A stretch of DNA of 55,404 nt, filler included, from Asterionella formosa (GCA_002256025.1; 4 parts of 4 records of this genome joined end to end with filler, not necessarily neighbours in it), one strand, 5' to 3'; counted from the first letter of the whole stretch, positions 37,108 to 50,449 are shown. A program made the numbers and translations. The notes: generated by a model not told the origin, from the letters alone.

Positions 37108-39197
37108 ATGAAGAAAGTTATGAAATCAATCGAAGATTCCTTTGAATACACTCAAAGATCAAATGAATTTGATCAGATTCATAATACTCCAGAAAAATAA
37201 TGAATTATGCCGATACAATAGTGGCTGAGATTGAAAAGAAGGAAAGATTGCTTTCGAAGAGGAAACCCAAACAGTTGGTCTTCGTGGATGAAGACTCTAT
37301 TTGTACAGAGTCACAGTTCACCATCCAGTGTCATATTTTGCTCATTCTCCCGAAATCGCTGATAATGAAGAAGAACTCAGTGATTCTCATTCATTTGATG
37401 AACAAATTTATGCGATGAATGAAAATATCGGCGGAAATGTGGCAGACAACACTTCAGAAGTAGAAATGGTTGAAAAGTTGCAAAACCAAGAAACATATCT
37501 CACTATCCGTCCAGAACATCAACATGAACATCATAAAAGCAGAGAAACTATTGCATTTCTAAAAGAAAATATATTCAAGAAAAAGTCTGAGCTAGATCAA
37601 GACCTCGAATTCAAGAAGATCAATGCAGACAGAGATGTGATGCTTGCTAAGGCAGTTGATGCTCTGATTAGGGAACGAAGTCTGAAACAAAAAATTGAAT
37701 CTTTTTCCAAATCATACATGGAAGAAAAAGAATTTCTTTGTAAAATCATTGAAAACAATCCAGAAGGCAGCTACTTTTGTGAAGAGTCGCTTGGCATGTG
37801 AAATGTGTAGAGTTATTATGCCAAAGCAAATGGCATTTTCCTTGAGTTTGCCGAAATCGCATGGAAAACTAAAATTGTGGAAAGAGTTGTACACTCGTAC
37901 CCCGCAAGATATATGCAATTACGCCTCTGCATTTTATGGAGTCAAAGGTATCAAAAAATCATGTTCAGATTTTAAAGATCTTGCATATTGGGACCTTGAA
38001 ACAATTACCTCTATGATCCATTATATAATTCATGAACTTCATCCAACTGATGTAAAGCATGGTTATATTTGATCTGGATGAGAACCCAGAAAAGGGTAAT
38101 AACAAACCGTATATATACCAAGGTGATTGTCATCCACTTCGTCATGAAAGTACCTATGTGTGTATTGCAAAAGGTCAGATGAGGAGGAAAACAATCATTT
38201 TGTGCATTATCTTTTTGCTATAAATGATGGATTATGTCAAGTCCGTGATCCAGGAAAAGATGCAAGTTTGGATGAACATTATGATCAAGTATTTCACCTT
38301 GCCTGTAAGTACTGCATCATCCCCGGATGCAGAGTAGAATTGGAATTGTTATGCACCGATACAGGATATCTTCCACAAGAATCCCACATACCTGAAGAAA
38401 TTGGGTTCTCGGAATCTTTCTATACTGGCACCAAAGCACCATTGCAGATCAGTATTGCCACTGAACATGATCCCATGTTATTTCAACTAGAAGATGATAG
38501 TGGATGGTCATGTGGACCTTTTACAATTGTGAAAGTGTTGGAAACTCTATTGCAATTAGAAAGGAATGGCAAAACCAAATTTCTTGGCAAATGGGCACAT
38601 TTCCGTTTGGAGACTGAGTCCTGGAAAGCTTTAAAACGTCAGCTGGTAGCAACAGATCGAACAGACGATTTCTTATCTATTGCATCTGACCCACCAACCA
38701 AGTCAACATACTTTCATCTTGGAACAGTTTGGCCTCAAGTGACAACGACAAATTCTCGTGAGAATATGTTTCAGTTGGAAATAATTGTTCTTCAATTTTG
38801 TATCGACAAAATTTTGACATCCTATTTTGATTTAAAAATGTTGAACGAAGTATTTGGACGAGCTCCTTGCAACTCTTCTTTCAAGAAGAATGAAGTTGTC
38901 TACGTAAAATCCATGATACAACAAAGTAATGACAAACTTGCTCCCTTCAAATGGTATAATCATGCACCTCTTGGCCAAATTTCTGGATGCATCAAAATTG
39001 ACAAAAAGTTGAAAGAAAATTTTGCATCTGATGATAGCCCTTCTGGAATCAAATTGAAGAAGTTTGCAGACTCATATCGAACTGCAGTTGAAAAGTGGAG
39101 AAGCAAAGTTTCGGACGAAACGAGAAGGACCATCTTAGGTTACTTCTTTGGGAGTGAAAAAGAACAAATAATGGACCATTGGATAATCATTTCTTAG
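37108..39197 (+). pseudogene. Transposon-borne ORF with Ulp1-like (clan CE) cysteine-protease motifs, frameshifted
   Basis: NNHFVHY (His 38196), VRDPG (Asp 38247, 17 residues later) and FQLEDDSGWSCGPF (Cys 38511) give the H-D-(Q)-C order. Upstream are a coiled-coil-like segment and CEMC. Confidence 0.55.
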
Positions 39198-39316
39198 GAA
39201 ATTGTAGTTTGTGAAAACCTCATAATAACCAATTTAGTATGCGAAAAAATATTGTTACCATTATCATTTATATTGTTCTTATATATTTATCAACGTTCCC
39301 TTGTTAGTTTTTGGTT

Positions 39317-41569
39317 TCACCTCAATAAATTACGTGGAGGCATGGCAACATAAAAATTATCTTTCCGTATCTGTTCCAAAACTTCTTGCGGTCTCAGAGA
39401 TTTCCTTGATTCCTGTGGTTTCAAAGCAGGAACAACAAATGCTGCCGAAAGTATGTTATGAAATTCAACAACGCTCAATTCAGTTGTATCATTGCATAAG
39501 GTGTCTCCTCTTGCAAAAAACATTTGTTTATGAATTTTCATTTCAGTTGAACTTTTCAAGGAACGAATACACGCTAAGAGAATGGTTGTTGTGTTGGAGA
39601 AAATAACATTTCCCCAAAGAAGTAGTTTTACAGGAACTGTGTAGGAATTTGATCCATCTCCCTTCTCCCAGTTCACTTCGAACCAGTCAAACCATTCACG
39701 ACCAGAGATTCCTGCCTTTGAATCATTATTCCATTTCGGATGGCATCTGAAAGTAGTAGTTTGGCCGGGAACGTTACTTTCAATTTTAAAATGATAATAA
39801 AAGTCAATCCTTACAATGGAAACAGCACCAGGCCCAACCCCATCTTCAAGAGTTTTGATTTTCGCTATTTCTATTGCTGAATTCGCAATGCTCTCTACGT
39901 AGTCGGCCCCCTTCGGTAAATCATGATGAACCAATTGAGACAAGTGTGCATCCTTACTCCGTGATATATGCCCAATCTTATTAGGGACACCTGCTATAGT
40001 CCATAGACCATTTGATGATGAAGCAGAAAATTGAACATTAACAGGAAGGGCTGGTAAATGGATTTTGCTAGGCGATATTCCCAAATTTTCAGGCGACCTG
40101 CTAGGCAACATCATTGTATCCGGAATCATTCCTTCGAAATCAATTTCTGTTGAAATACCCTCATTTACATTGATGATATTTTCTCTACTCATCTTCTTTT
40201 GTTTGTTTTCTTTATGTAATTTTTCACTTACAAAAACAATTTGAAGGTGCCAAGGCAAACTGCCTTGTTTCATATGACCTTGTTAAAATGTCATGCTTTA
40301 ATCGATGTAATTGTCCGTTGACACGCTTACTGGGTCGTTTCAATTTGTCTTTCAAAAAAGTCTCCAAATATCCACCAAAGAAATCATTCCATGAGATTTT
40401 GCCATTCGTAACCCAATTTGAAGTATGCATCATTTCCCGTTGGGGACCAATCATAATCTTAGTAACTGACATAAATCTCTTCACCCTTTCCTCTAAAATA
40501 TCAATACATGTTGATGTATATTGTGGTATGAATAAAGTGTCCTTGATAGATATACATAACCATAACAGCATTGTGAAATCCTTTTCTAGGTGCATGTTCT
40601 CTGAACCCATCATTCCACCCATTGAAAAAATAGTTAACAGACATAATCCGGGAATTTCTTGCCCTGACATTTTCGACAAAGCTGTCATCCCAGATCTGTA
40701 TGACAATTTTGGAATATCACGATCGCTTTTCCTTTCCAAATGACTATTGATATGCCATACTATCTAGCACTTTGTTCGAAGTACAGTTTCGAAAATACAT
40801 TTCTGGTGCTGGTACAAGTGTTGGGTCTTGATTTTTGCCGGCGTAGATATTTTTGATAACTGGTGCGTGTGTCGCTCCTTTTTGGTCTTTGCCCGTTTCT
40901 TCGGTTGCTCTTGATCAAGAAAAGCAGAGTCTGTTGTTTCAGTGTAACGTTTATGATCGGAGATGTTTTCTGGAATATCTGTAGATTTTCTTTCTTTAAA
41001 AAGACATGTCCATTCTTCAGGGATAGTCCGATAATTGTACAAAGATTCCAAAATGTGCGAACTTAAATATTCCAAGTAGTAATTGATGAAGAACCTCAAA
41101 CGGAGTTGCACCAAATAATCCTTCTAAGTCACCACCAAAAAAATGATTTATTAGTGCAGGCATAATAGGATTATGCGATATAACACAGCACCACTCGTTT
41201 GCTGTTGCGTATTTGCCATTAGATCGGGAGAAACAATACTCATGTGGGATATATGGTAATTTTCCATCGGGATATGCATTTTTGTCAAGAAACTTGTTTA
41301 AAAACATTTTAACATCTGACACTTTATGACGTTCACATCTAATATCAGGATTATCAGCATCCTCAGTTGAAACCAGGCAATCATGACAAACATGTCGTCG
41401 ATATAATCCATTACCACCCCTGAAGCCACAAATTTTATTGTCTTCTTCTGTATCACCAATGATCATTCCAACTTGGAAATAAACTTTTGTCATACCAAGA
41501 CCATGAACCCAAATATCGTATGACTTGTTTGGATCTTCGAAAGGCGACAATAGAAATCCTGTAACAGAA
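39317..41569 (-). pseudogene. Plavaka/EnSpm-like transposase, frameshifted, 5' part lost in the gap
   Basis: MIIGDTEEDNKICG...CHDC...DNPDIRC, FGATPFEVLHQLLLG, SDRDIPKLSYRSGM, ETFLKDKLKRPSKR and FRCHPKW...WFDWFEVNW. Confidence 0.75.
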
Positions 41570-41669
41570 NNNNNNNNNNNNNNNNNNNNNNNNNNNNNNN
41601 NNNNNNNNNNNNNTTAATTAATTAANNNNNNNNNNNNNNNNNNNNNNNNNNNNNNNNNNNNNNNNNNNN

Positions 41670-42570
41670 AATGGGTCAAACTTGAACTTTTCCCAAAAGT
41701 CAAGTTTATCACAGGTGATATTGAACTTGATGAAAGGGGACCAACTAGTCTGGCACTCTCATTTCGTGCTCACTTCCCAAGTCTATTCATGGGAACCGAT
41801 AAGGACTTCGAGTCAATTTGGCAGACATATAAGAATGATATTAATAAAGTGATGTCTGAGAAAAGAAATGCCGTCGTTACCACTCTCAAACATGCCTTTG
41901 CTAGTAAGTAAACAACTTGACTTGGTGGTATGCCTGATTTGTTCTTGACTTGGTTAACATACTCATTGTTTACTACTTACAAAACATTCGATTCCAATCT
42001 ACAAAACTTCAGGACTTTTTCGTGATGGTATGCACATTCATCTGAATAAGCATACCATCTCCAACAGCCGTTCTGTTTCTATTCAGGAGACAGGTGATGG
42101 AGAAGGAATCAAGAATCATCCTTTCTTCCTTCTATTTGAGTACTTTTATTCCAGGGTTGGGCGAAAGCTGTCTTGGAAACGACAGTGTGCTAAGAAGCAT
42201 GTCAGTGACATTGTTAGTGTTTCTGACGAGGTTTTTTCATTGTTGGTCTTGGAGAATTGTTGGGATGTCTGGTTGCATAAGGCAATGATGAAAGGTCATG
42301 AAGATGATACTCCTGCACCAAAATTCGTTTATACCGGTACTGGAGGACAGGGAAAGAGATATGGTGGCTGGGACGCAAAGGGATATGCCAGGTTCAACAG
42401 CCTGTATGACATAGTTGTTCATCAAAGGACAACTGCCATGAGCAGGCAGTTGGAGATCAGCTTCAAGTCCAATCTTCTTGTTTTGGCTGGAGTTCCACAA
42501 GGTTAGTCACTTCGGGGAAGTGAACAAAGTGAAATTGTTGAACTGATGTTCATGGAAAATATTGACTAAC
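41670..42570 (+). pseudogene. Transposon-associated accessory ORF with an intron at 41904-42012
   Basis: WVKLELFPKVKF exon; GTAAGT...TTCAG phase-1 intron joins in frame to ORF 42030. Motifs SVSDEVFSLLVLENCWDVW...YTG...GWDAKGYARFNSL are ones I associate with diatom transposon ORFs. Confidence 0.6.
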
Positions 42571-42933
42571 TGATGGAAATTTTCATTGAAGTTACGCCAG
42601 GGAACAACAGTGTGCCTGCCATTAGAGTTCGGAATGATCTAGTGGCCATTTCTCTTCCAGTAAGCACAACTCCGGCATCTTCCATCAGTGGATTGACTCC
42701 ACAAGTTATTTCAGGAAGAACTTCAAGGATAACAACTGGTAGTACTAAGAGTGCAAAGATTTCAAAGAGTACAAAGAGTTTGAACGTGATTATTCACTTT
42801 CCCTCAGACCAAGTCAAGGGTGCCACAGATTGGTACTTCCAAGAGATGAAGAAAAAGATGTATGTGGAGCTTCGGATGAAGAAAAAGAGTGAAATTTATA
42901 GGGCTTGTATTGATCAGAACATTGCACTCCATT

Positions 42934-43405
42934 GCTGTAGAATATTTGTAGCTGCTCCGAAACGGAGAAGGCCATTGCGGCACATCTCAATTTTGACTCA
43001 CTACGGCGACATGCAACAAGGTTGAAATATGCAACAGCTGTTTCTTAACGAATTTACGGATTCAATTGTTGTCGGCTACTCATCCTTTCCTTCTTTTTCT
43101 ATATTTTACTTGCTAGAGTTATCGCTGTAGAATATTCGTAGCTGCTCCAAAACGGAGAAGGTCATTGCGGCACATCTCAATTTTGACTCACTACGGCGAC
43201 ATCCAAGGTTGAAATATGCAACAGCTGTTTCTTAACGAAATAACGGATTCAATTCCTTATTGTCAGATACTCAGCATCCTTTCCTTCTTTTTCTATATTG
43301 TACTTGCTCGACTTATTGCTGTAGACTATTTGTAGCTGCTCCGAAACGGAGAAGGCCATTGCGGCACATCTCAATTTTGACTCACTAGCTACGGCGACAT
43401 GCAAT
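42934..43405. repeat. Tandem repeat, ~190-bp unit, 2.5 copies
   Basis: gctgtagaatatttgtagctgctccgaaacggagaaggccattgcggcacatctcaattttgactcact recurs at ~42934, ~43124 and ~43318. Confidence 0.9.
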
Positions 43406-43819
43406 GCTAAACGATGCTCAACGAGTACCAACGGTGCTTTATTTCTAATCTGGCAGGCTATTGTAATCTCTTCAATCAACAATGACTAAACAATGTGTCT
43501 ACAACATCAACTACTACTACGTGTGCTGAATTCTACATTGTGAATCTTCCTCTTGCATGTGTTATTCTTTGCCAGTTCAGATCAAAGTGATATGTCGGAG
43601 CGGAAAAAATAATAAGTGTATCGGAATTGGCGACTCTTTCGTTCATTATATGGTGAAAGCAGCATAATATTGCGGCGGAGCAGCATAATTTCGCTTTTAT
43701 ACTGTTGCGATGGCTAGTTAGTCAACATATATTGTCACGAACACACATAATTATTGGTGTGATCACATTATTATTCGATAAGTAAAATAAATTTTTGTTT
43801 AACCCGAATAAATTAGGGA

Positions 43820-43899
43820 AAAAGTAGCATAATATTTCAAAAAAGTAACATAATATTTTAGAAAAGTAACATAATATTTTAAAAAAGTAGCATAAATAC
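43820..43899. repeat. Subterminal 21-bp tandem repeats (aaaagta[g/a]cataatattt), 4 copies
   Basis: Directly visible; related gcagcataat motifs occur at ~43659 and ~43680. Confidence 0.9.
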
Positions 43900-43994
43900 G
43901 TCACTTTAGACATAAATTCGAAAAAGTGCCGTAAACGGCGTCTTAGATGTTCTAAATCATCCGCACTCAACATTGCTTATGTAGATTCTAAGTG

Positions 43995-44451
43995 AGCAAG
44001 CAAGGTCAGAACAGTGATGTCGGCATATCCAAATGTAGCATCTTCCAGAACGTTGTAGTAAGCAGGGTCAATGGCTATTAAAATTTGTTGGCAGAGAATT
44101 TCACCGATTTGGGAGTAACAGCGGAATGCGTCAAGGGAGGTGTCAAAGAGACAGTTGGCAGCAGTGATTTGGGATTGTGTTGCAGTAGCACTGTGTGTTG
44201 GCTGGGTGCTGGTGGGATGTTAAGGCGGTAGAAAGGGTTCACCAGCATGTAAGAGAAAAGGAGCAGCAGCCATGACAAAAACAAAGGAAACCACCATTGG
44301 CACCACCACCACTGGTACAGTGGACAGAGTGAGTGTTGGCAAAGAGTTCCTTGCAAAGGCGGGTTATAGTGAGGGCTGTAGGTTTGCCCTCGATCGGCGT
44401 CAAGAGCGGATGGGGGAATGGGAAAGCAGCAGAAATGAGTGGAGTCGCCAT
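43995..44451 (-). mobile_element. Ty1/Copia (CoDi-type) gag N-terminal remnant, second family
   Basis: MATPLISAAFPFPHPLLTPIEGKPTALTITRLCKELFANTHSVHCTSGGGANG fits the FxHPxLTxIxGxP...ELxAN...GGGxxG gag start of diatom Copia elements. Truncated at 43994. Confidence 0.7.
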
Positions 44452-46135
44452 GGTGGAGGAAGGCCTGAGAGACAGGGAAAGCAAACAGGCAAGCGGTGTT
44501 TCATAGTTGATTGTTGAGAACAGTGCTGGTTTGCACCACCGACAAGAGCCACAACGTCACAGGTGCAGACAAGGGAGAGAGAACAGATATTGTAGTTTTG
44601 TTGAGGGGAACCTTGTCGTGAATAAAGGTGAACTATAATGACTATTCTATTGCTGTTTCGAGTACATCTTTTTTAGCACTCACACATGTACCTAATCTGG
44701 TGGCTGCGCCAGTATGGTTCGTACGGCGCATGTATGGAGCATCATGTTCAGATATTAAAAGTTGTGGTAAATATCGGTATGCATCATTTACACGAGTACC
44801 ACGTAGTACATACATCTTTCATCCCTGTATGCATAGCGGTATCAACTATATATTTCTTTTCAACAAATCGGTGTGCATACTTCCGGTGACTTACATATAT
44901 ACCGTACCCAGTTTGAATGTTCGGACAAATATTCGCAATATTCGGACTTTCCCGGAGCTTGCATGTGATACTGCTTTTGTACTGGAGTACCTGAGGATGG
45001 TTGGAACACAAAAGAATCAAGGATGCAAGATTCAATCTGTGCCCATCGAAAAGCAATGACCCCCCTATTTATTTGTGTAAATACGCGGACCATAATGGTG
45101 TGGTTTGCTCCATATTGGAGAGAAGTTCGTGAGACCATCGTCTCCTGGTAACCATCAGCTACTCCCAGGTACCTGGTGTCGTCCCGTTGAAATGCTATGT
45201 ACTGCAAATGCAGCAGGAGTAGACTACCCGTACTGTATTGCTATGTCTCATATGTCGCAACAAAATGGAGTTGTCATTTGAAAATTCTTTCATGCAAACA
45301 TACATAAGATGTGATTGTGGGTAGTATCGCCGAATGTCCGAAGAAAACCGGCTGTCGACTTTGCTCCTGTGACCACGATTAAAAACGATCGAGGACTGCG
45401 ATATTCATCACAGTAACAAAACCGGTAGGATACAGAAGTACAGTACAGCAATGAGAATTACTCCGATATCATATGAACCTGGTACCAGGTATCAGTAATA
45501 GGTAGTTCCATTTAGTCACTCGCATTACTACAATCTAACATGACACATTACATGTGTTTCTGGACATCTTTACATGGACACACTGATGGAACGCGAATAT
45601 TTGCAAAGCAAAACCACACCTCTGCGATGGAGGAAAGAGATAATTTAATTTACAAGTCACTGCGACAATTAGTTTTGTGGGCATTATCAACCGATTTGCG
45701 ATGGCACCTTCTCCTCTTTCCACATTTCCTGCATTTTAAATGTAGATATATGGTGTTTTGATTGTGAACTATTTATTAATTATAAAACCATATATTTAAT
45801 ACATGCCGAGATGATGAAAAATGATTTAAAATTTATGATGTCATTGATAACGGACATCATGGACAGTAATAAGTTTTTATGTAGACAGGAATTGAAAACG
45901 AATCATTATGTCTTGTCATGGGACATTCATGCTCTCATCGTAATCCACGCATTCACCAGTACCGGTACCGGTATTTATATTTCGGCTTGGTCATTCATTA
46001 TAAGTTTAGATGTTTGTCACATAAAACAAACAAAAAATTTTAGAGCGAACAACTCCTAACACATTAACACGAACTGTACGCAAGGATATCTAAGCTCAGA
46101 CGCGGCTGTTTTGCTCCTCCTCGCTCTCAGCAATC

Positions 46136-49100
46136 ATGAACCTATTGGTTGCTATGTTGGTGGCCCTCGTCATGCTGGCGCCTACCCATGCTGGTCAGGA
46201 TGATGAGGATGCTGGTGGAAGGAGAACAGTTGTGGATCCCTCGTGTTGCTCCTATAACTTGAAAGATTGTGCCTATCCCTCTAATGTCACTGATTGGTGT
46301 GCCTTGAGTTCGCAGAACTGTCGGCAGTGTACAGGATCGTGGATCGATCCCACAAATCGCACTACTTGCATTCCCCTTTTTGGTACAAATCTTTGGGGCC
46401 AGTGTAACATAGTTCCTGACGGTTCAGAAGGGACTGTCAATGACACTTGCTGTGGCCAATCTGTATGCACGCGTGTCGACCAATGGAACAAGCAGTGCAA
46501 AGTTCCCCAGTTCTGTTGTTCTTGGGATTTGGCTACTTGTGGGGACGACAAATGGTGTAACCAAAATGCCCAGAATTGTGGTTCCTGCAGCGGATTTTTC
46601 ATAGACCCAAGCACTCGTCGATCATGTACTGCTCGCTGGGCTGGATGTACTTCATCCAGCGAATGCTGCGCTGGAGGCGTTTGTCTTGCAGATGCAAGTG
46701 GTCGAAAGGTTTGCGATGTTATCCCTGTAAATACGCAACCTACTCTCTCTCCAACCAATCTCCCAACTGATGTTCCTACGCCTTCACTATCGCTGTCGCC
46801 AACTACACCACGGCCATCGCCTCCACCTACAACTACTCCAACCAGGATTCCTAGTCTTCCGACCACTGAGTCTCCAACTGCTCAACCGACAACTTCACCG
46901 ACCCTTCTTCCCACCACGTCACGTCCATCTCCCCTGCCAACGTTTCTTCCAACCGGGGTTCCCACAGTTCCGACTCCTCCAACCACATCTCGTCCAACCG
47001 GAATCCCTTCCGGTTCTCCTACGTTGTTACCCACAGATTTGGGTCCCTTTCCGTCAGGACCCTACATAACTGTTTCTTCAACAAGAATTATCATCCCCGA
47101 TCCACCAAGTCCTGCTAGCTCGGCTCGAACAAAATGTCCTCATTTCGACACTGATATTCTTGACTGGCATGCCGGGTCTACCTGGGGAAGTAGTGGTGTT
47201 CCAGTGCCAACCAACTTCGCTGACATACAGCTTCCGCCCAACATGAGAATTGTCATTCGGAAGCCCATAGAAGGTATTTTTGGTATCATTACCATCCCTG
47301 ATACCTCTGAGCTCATCTTTGGCGAGAACGCTACAGGAATTACCCTTGATGCTCGTGGTATGGACGTCAAGGGAAAGCTCACGGCTGGATCAGAGACATG
47401 CCGCCTCGAAATGCCAGTTACAATCACACTGTATGGTTCCCGTCCTTCAAATGCAGTCACTGTCATCCCAGATAAGACTTACAAAGGCATTTCTGTTTCA
47501 GGCAGTATTTCGCTCCATGGCAAACGGTACTATCGTACTTGGACTCGCCTGGCCAAGACAGTGGCCATTGGAGACCGAGTCATGATGGTTCAGAATCAAG
47601 TAAACTGGGAACCCGGGCAGAAAATTGTTCTCGTTACTACCGCAATGAAAGACAGCAGAGAATGGCACCAAAATGAGGTACTTACTGTCCGGGGAGTAGT
47701 AGCAAATCCAGCTACTGGTGTCGGCGCAGCTGTGTATGTTAATGAGACAATAAAGTACACCCATGTTGCCAACTCTGGTTATCAGGCCGAAGTAGGACTG
47801 CTAACTCGGACAATCAAGATTCAAGGTTCAGCAACTGACTCAGAACCGAAAGATCTAGATCCACTCAATTGTAAATTTACGGATAGATGGGTTTACAACG
47901 ATCAGGCACGACCATGTCCCAACACTGAGCTAACTGGATTTGGGGGTCATGTAATGGTTCATAGCAATGGTACAGGCTATGTGGAAGGCGTCCAGTTGTA
48001 TCGAATGGGGCAGACGAATGTTCTTGGTCGTTACCCCATGCATTTTCACCTACTTGGGAACTGTCCGACTTGCTATTTCCGTGATTCTTCTGTGTATCGC
48101 TCATTCTATCGTTGTGTGTCTGTGCATGGTACAAATTTCCTAAATGTGAAAGAGAATGTCGCATTCGATGTTACAGGCTACTGCTACTACCTTGAGGATG
48201 GTGTGGAGCATCACAATACAATCTCTTTCAATTTGGCTGCTCATATTCATCTTTTGGGACCAGAACCCCCATCAGGAGGTGGTCAAACCACAAATGTATA
48301 TGATCAGAGTGATATTCTCACTCTCCCGGCTGATGTCACAGCCTCTGGATTTTACATCACAAATGTTCAGAACAATATTATTGGTAATGCAGCATCTGGT
48401 GGCTGGTCTGGATTTGCTTTTCCAAACCTTCCTACACCTCTTGGTATTCATCAAAACTTGTTGATGCGACCGTCGTCTGCTTTGCCATTGACAATAGATG
48501 GAAACACGGCTCACAGCACTGGATGGTGGTGGTATCATGCAGGTGCTTTCTACTTTGGAGGAGCTCTCTATTACGTTGGAGGTACGCTTCAGTACAACCC
48601 GGGTCGTGATTTTGACTTCAATAATCATGGAAGGGACACATGCAAAACAGACTTGTGTTCAGATGGAGTATGCGGTGGGTGGTGTGCGGAATACGATAAA
48701 TTGTGGATAAGAATGACAAACACCAAAGCATTTTTGGCTCCCAGTGTTGGCCTGAACTCTTGGTCCGGCAGAATGGAGATTGTTGGTTTTGAAGCACACG
48801 ATGTTGGCCTCTCACTCGAAGCACTGGAAGCTGGATTTTGGATTGACAATATGTTGGTTGTGTGTCGTACAGGGACCACCCTTGCACTGCCCACGGGTGC
48901 GTCTACTTCTTCCATGTCAGGCAACGGATTTACTTGGTATGATACGGGCCAGGAGCATATCATAACAAATTCTTTGTTTCGAAATTGTGGATATCGCTCA
49001 CAGCAATATAACCAATATGACAACACAGCCACTCGTGGCTGTGGCACTGATATAAATACTGGATGTGCTGCTAGTTCCTACGTTTTTGGGTTCCTTACTC

Positions 49101-50237
49101 ACTCTGATCAATTTAATCCTGAGGTCATGCAAGCAACTAAGAATATTACATTTGATCAATGTGGCCGACGGTTCAGCTTAGACAATTGGGGTGGATTTTT
49201 TTCTGTTAGTGGTCGAACACAAAATTGGTTAGACACTGATGGCACTGTTAGTGGGCTTCAAGTACCGGCTTTGATTGGTTCTGGCTTGGCGGGAGCTGGT
49301 CTTTGGTGGACTGTAGATGATGAAGGTAGGCCTTGTGTGTATGGAGCATTGATCTGTTTCTTCAACTAATTCCTTCCTTACTCTCACTCCGAATACTACA
49401 GTCGTACATGACCCCCAAGGACCTTTAAAGTTCATAAAGAAGACGAGAGAAAGAGGTGTTGGGGCATTGACGTTCTATTTTGATTACTCTCAGCATAGCC
49501 AAGTTGGCAAAGGCATTTGTGGGAATGGGAATGGTAATCCTTGCCCTGCTTTGGGGTATATAAAGCATTTGGGGAAAAAGTTTTCTCTGGACAACGGCCT
49601 CCCGATAACTGCCAGCGCCGATGTTGCTGGACCCGTTGGAGGCTTCTCGTGGTTTCTCAAGTTGAATGCAGGGGCACCGACAAAACTCCGTGTTGACACA
49701 ATTGAAGTTGTCCCAGAAACTCCGATGCTTCTCAGTATTGCATACCCAACTGGAACAACCTTTACAATTACTGCAAATGCTCCAACCTGGTGTTGGCCAA
49801 GCGCGCAATACTCGTGTACCGAGGTTTTCAAACCTGTGGACTCCATTGCCGCCGTTCGCAAGTCCAGTGGCAATACGTATTATTTCAGCCCCCAGGGCTT
49901 GTTGACAGTCAGGATCATTCAGACTCCCAAGGACTACCTCGGAGCGCCAACATGGTCGTTGCCACAATACAATACAACTGGCCAATGGGGCAATGGGTTT
50001 GCCTTTCCAAGATTCGAACGAGGTGGCGTGTTGCTACCAGTCAATAGCTACGGCCCGTGGTTGGACATTGTTGCCAATTGTCAGGCATCTTCCAGCAATA
50101 GTGCGTACTGCAGCCAATTGCCTCCCTCTCTTGATCCTGACGTCTGCCCAACAGGTTTCAATCAAACAGCCTATGACAAGTGCTGCTCTATTACAAATTC
50201 TTCGAAATGCAGTTTCGCTGATGGAAGCTCTACTTAG
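46136..50237 (+). CDS. Secreted G8-domain / parallel beta-helix protein (CEMIP/TMEM2/fibrocystin-like core) with N-terminal Cys-rich/CBM1-like modules and PT linker; exons 46136-49325 and 49402-50237, ~1341 aa
   Basis: Signal peptide, Cys-rich modules, P/T/S linker, then G8 start WHAGSTW. Family motifs WTRLAKT, AEVGLLTRTIKIQG, GGHVMV, GQTNVLGRYPMHFH, RCVSVHGT and CYYLEDGVE. Phase-1 intron 49326-49401 (GTAGG...CTCAC...ACAG) joins in frame to ORF 49467. Confidence 0.88.
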
Positions 50238-50449
50238 CGTGAGTCCCAAATCAATGTGCTTCACCTACATATTCAAACACAAAAATTATCATCGAATATA
50301 GAAACATTGCTGCAACTGGATTGTTAACTTAGGAGCTGTCTCGTTCGTATAATTTGTCACTGACACAGAGTGCTGTAAAAAACGGTATCTGTAGAAAAAA
50401 TCCATGAGATAACTTTATCGTATTCATATGTTATACACTTTCTAGCCAA

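Larger units (their letters stand above)
35067..43994. mobile_element. Large Plavaka/CMC(CACTA)-like DNA transposon with transposase, Ulp1-like ORF and a second accessory ORF (continuity across the 41570 gap unproven)
   Basis: Contains the three ORF remnants listed below. The right end has 21-bp subterminal repeats and terminates ...ttctaagtg (CACTTAG on minus) against a Copia remnant. The left part is duplicated at 15691-19102. No left TIR was found. Confidence 0.6.

Noticed and set aside
42934..43899. Repeat arrays as possible CRISPR (also 11641-11805)
   Set aside because: Head-to-tail tandem units without unique spacers, no cas genes, eukaryotic context.
46273..49985. Many antisense/overlapping ORFs over the G8 gene (likewise over GAPDH, GRWD1, PLGG1)
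   Set aside because: Shadow ORFs of real coding sequence with no independent motifs.
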